Assembly (NCBI GenBank): GCA_964537835.1
Contig: CAZICS010000001.1
Location: 54,275-118,274, forward strand
Direction: 5' to 3'
Source: an uncultured archaeon
GTDB lineage: Archaea > Aenigmatarchaeota > Aenigmatarchaeia > CG10238-14 > SCSR01
Length of the DNA: 64,000 bases
Shown here in pieces: positions 41,401 to 44,400 of this stretch (its first letter is position 1; each line of letters opens with the position of its first letter). The notes beneath the pieces were generated by a model. The model made no database searches. It was not told the origin of the DNA and worked only from the letters and a program-made list of their open reading frames with translations. The translations under genes and the position numbers were made by a program.

Positions 41401-44400
41401 AGTCCTTACTCTTATATTCGTATAATGCAAGGGGGCAGAGACATTTACTATTTTCTTCCAACCACTGTCAAAAATTATCTCTTCTTCCTTAATAGGGGCT
41501 GGGGTTGAATAGCTTACGATATATTCCTTGAAGCTTTCTGAAGGGATACGGGTTATGAGGAAGTAAGTTGAATTTAACCTAACTATTGGAGTTTCATTTT
41601 TTTCTATAGTAATATTAAAAGCCAATGGAGTAATGTTGAAGGTAGCGTTATATTCTTCCATATAAGAAGGTGTTGTGACTCTTACTATTTTCCTCCATCT
41701 TACTGGAACACCTACTATGGCTTCATCCTGTATTTCTTCTGTGTTTATTTTCACATCCTCGCAGATAACAAGAATTTTGATTAATTCTTCAAGCTTAGCT
41801 CTATAACCCTGAGCAAGGATCGAAATTTCTCCTAAACCACAAGCTTGAGCTGAAAAATTCAGTTTAACTTCCTTGCTTTCATCGGGAGAAGTAAACTCTA
41901 AAGGAAAGCTCGAATTTTCAAAAACTTGCTCGTCAACCTGAGCATTTAAAAACTCAAAACCTGTATAATTTATTGTAAGATTAATGAATGCTAGCGTACT
42001 CTTTAAAGTAAAATTGACAGAAAATTCTTGACTTAGGTTTAGTTTTTTGGGATAGGATAAGTTTTCTATGAAAATTAGCGGCTTAACTATTTTGAATGAT
42101 TTATTAGGCATAGAAACATTAAAGTTACCAAAAATGTCTCCTGCAAATGTTCTTCTCCACGTATAATTTCCTTCTAGTTGGGATGAAAAAATTGCCACAT
42201 ATTTTTCTCCAATCTTGTTTGTGGTTAGGTTAAATGTTTCGTTCGGTGATTCGACTTCAAACAATACCTGTTTAACTTTTATGTTATCCTCTACTCTTGC
42301 TGAAAGGTTAAGGGTTTCACCTATGTAAAGAAAATCTGTGCTTAATTCCTCATCATAGATTAAAGGAGCTTGCTTATCAGTTACGTTTACCGTTAAATTA
42401 AAAGCAGTAAAATTCTCAATAGAGTCTGCCTTTCCAAGAACTAGATAGGTGCCATTTTCAGCGAATAAAGCTTGAATTTCTAATAAAAAGGTTTTGTTAA
42501 AAACTTTTGTTGAGTAAACAAGCTCATCAGATGGGGAAAAAATGTCAATTGATACTTCTTTACAATTTGTGGTTCCGTTTAAACGAATTGTTTCGTTAAA
42601 GAAGTACTCTTTTTTGTCGAGAGATAGGAAAAGGAAAGGCCATTCTTTAATAGTTAGATTAAATTCTCTAGAGGAAGGTAGAATGTATATACTCCCATCA
42701 AATTCAAACTTTAAGGAGTAATTTCCAGCAGTAAATTGCGAAAGAGATATGTTGAAAGCGGCTTTACCTTGTGAATTTGTTAGGTTTTCGGCAACTAGTA
42801 TATCATTTACATAAACCTTTATAGTTTTGTTGACTAAAGGAGTAGAATTATCCATAAGCAATGTAGCTATGGCCCTTAAGCTTTCATTCCTGAAATAGGT
42901 TGTGTTTTCAAGAGAGACTATCAAGAAAGAATTAGCAAAAATTTTCACAATTTTCTCTTTTGAAATGTTGAGTTCGGTAGAATTTCCAATCGCTATAATC
43001 TTCTTTTCTCCTAGGGAGGCGTTTATCGTAGAAACTCTAAAGGTATTGAAGCAAGTTTCAGAATCACAACTTTCAAAACTTTCTTTAACTATAAAATCTT
43101 CGGGTAAACTCGTGTTCAGGCTAACATTCGTTACACCAGAAAAGCTGAGATAGGAAGTTATAGTTATTAGCGAGTCGCTTCTTACAAGTTCTGAAGGAGA
43201 TTCTATCCATACATCCATCCAAGGTCCTTTTGGTTTGATGAATGCTAAGACAGTCGCATTAGAAGGAGCGTACTCCTCATCTCCTTCGAAACTGGCTGTA
43301 ACCAAGTAATTTCCAGAAACATTCAATTCTCTAAAGTTGAATGAGCATTTACCCTCTAAATTTGTAACATTTTCTCCCACGAATGAACTGTTAAGGTAAA
43401 ACTTGATAGTTTTATTTTCCAGTCTTTCTCCATTTGATGAAAGAACAACTTTTCCGATACCCCCTTCAACCGTTAAGTTTAGGTTAGTTTCTATCCTTAA
43501 GACTTGGAAATTGGTTTGGTTTTCTAGATTATCAAAATAAACCTTAATTGCATAATTACCTTCTCCAAAAGTCTTGTTTATTAAGTGATGGTAAAGACCT
43601 TCTACAACTTCTACATTCGATGAGTAAACTGTTTGATTAGCAGAGAGAACCTCAAGGGAGAGTGTTCCGTTAGCACTTTCATTGTTTACTACAACACTCC
43701 CTGAAACATTCACACGCTCAGTTACAAGATAGTCCTTTTTATCTGTTTGAACTGTCAGAAAACTTGTTTGGCTCGTGAAAGTTGAGGATAAAGGAGATTC
43801 TTCAGAAGTTGGAGGAGTAACATTCTTCTCCTTTACTTCGATGAACTTGATTTCTGTAGATCTCCAATTTCCTATCAAATTAGAAGCGTAGAAACGATAA
43901 GCTATGGTTCCGGTAGAGCCAACAACTTTTGTTATGTTACTCCATCCTGAGGCTATATTTAGGTTGCTAGACCAAACCCCCTTTCCATACTCCTTGACTA
44001 AAATTACATGATTTGGAACTGTTAAATCAAATATTTTTCCTTCGTAGGTCTCTTTTTCTATTTTCTTAACAGAAACTGGTTTAAGATCCCCGTCCAAGAA
44101 AGTTATTATATAACCCTTCTTCGCAAGCTTATAAGCTTCTTCTACACTAATGAAACGGAATTCATCTAAATTCCTTCCAAAAATAAGTTCTTTAATCCTA
44201 TTGAATGTATGAGCAAGCGGGCTTTCTATTTTAGCATAAAGTTTATGACCTTCTGTGACTACTAGGTTTATTCTGCCATTAATCCTATAGACAGTGCCCC
44301 TATAAAACGATGAAACTATTCTCAATGGTTTCTGCCACTCTATTTTTCCATTTTTAAGCGTTGCAATATAGTCATCGAAGCTCAAATCCTTAAAGTATTT

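Noticed and set aside
3073..43153. Many short ORFs (60-157 aa) inside the giant gene on either strand
   Set aside because: They lie fully within a coherent 14,236-aa frame, have no motifs, and are expected by chance or as antisense mirrors.
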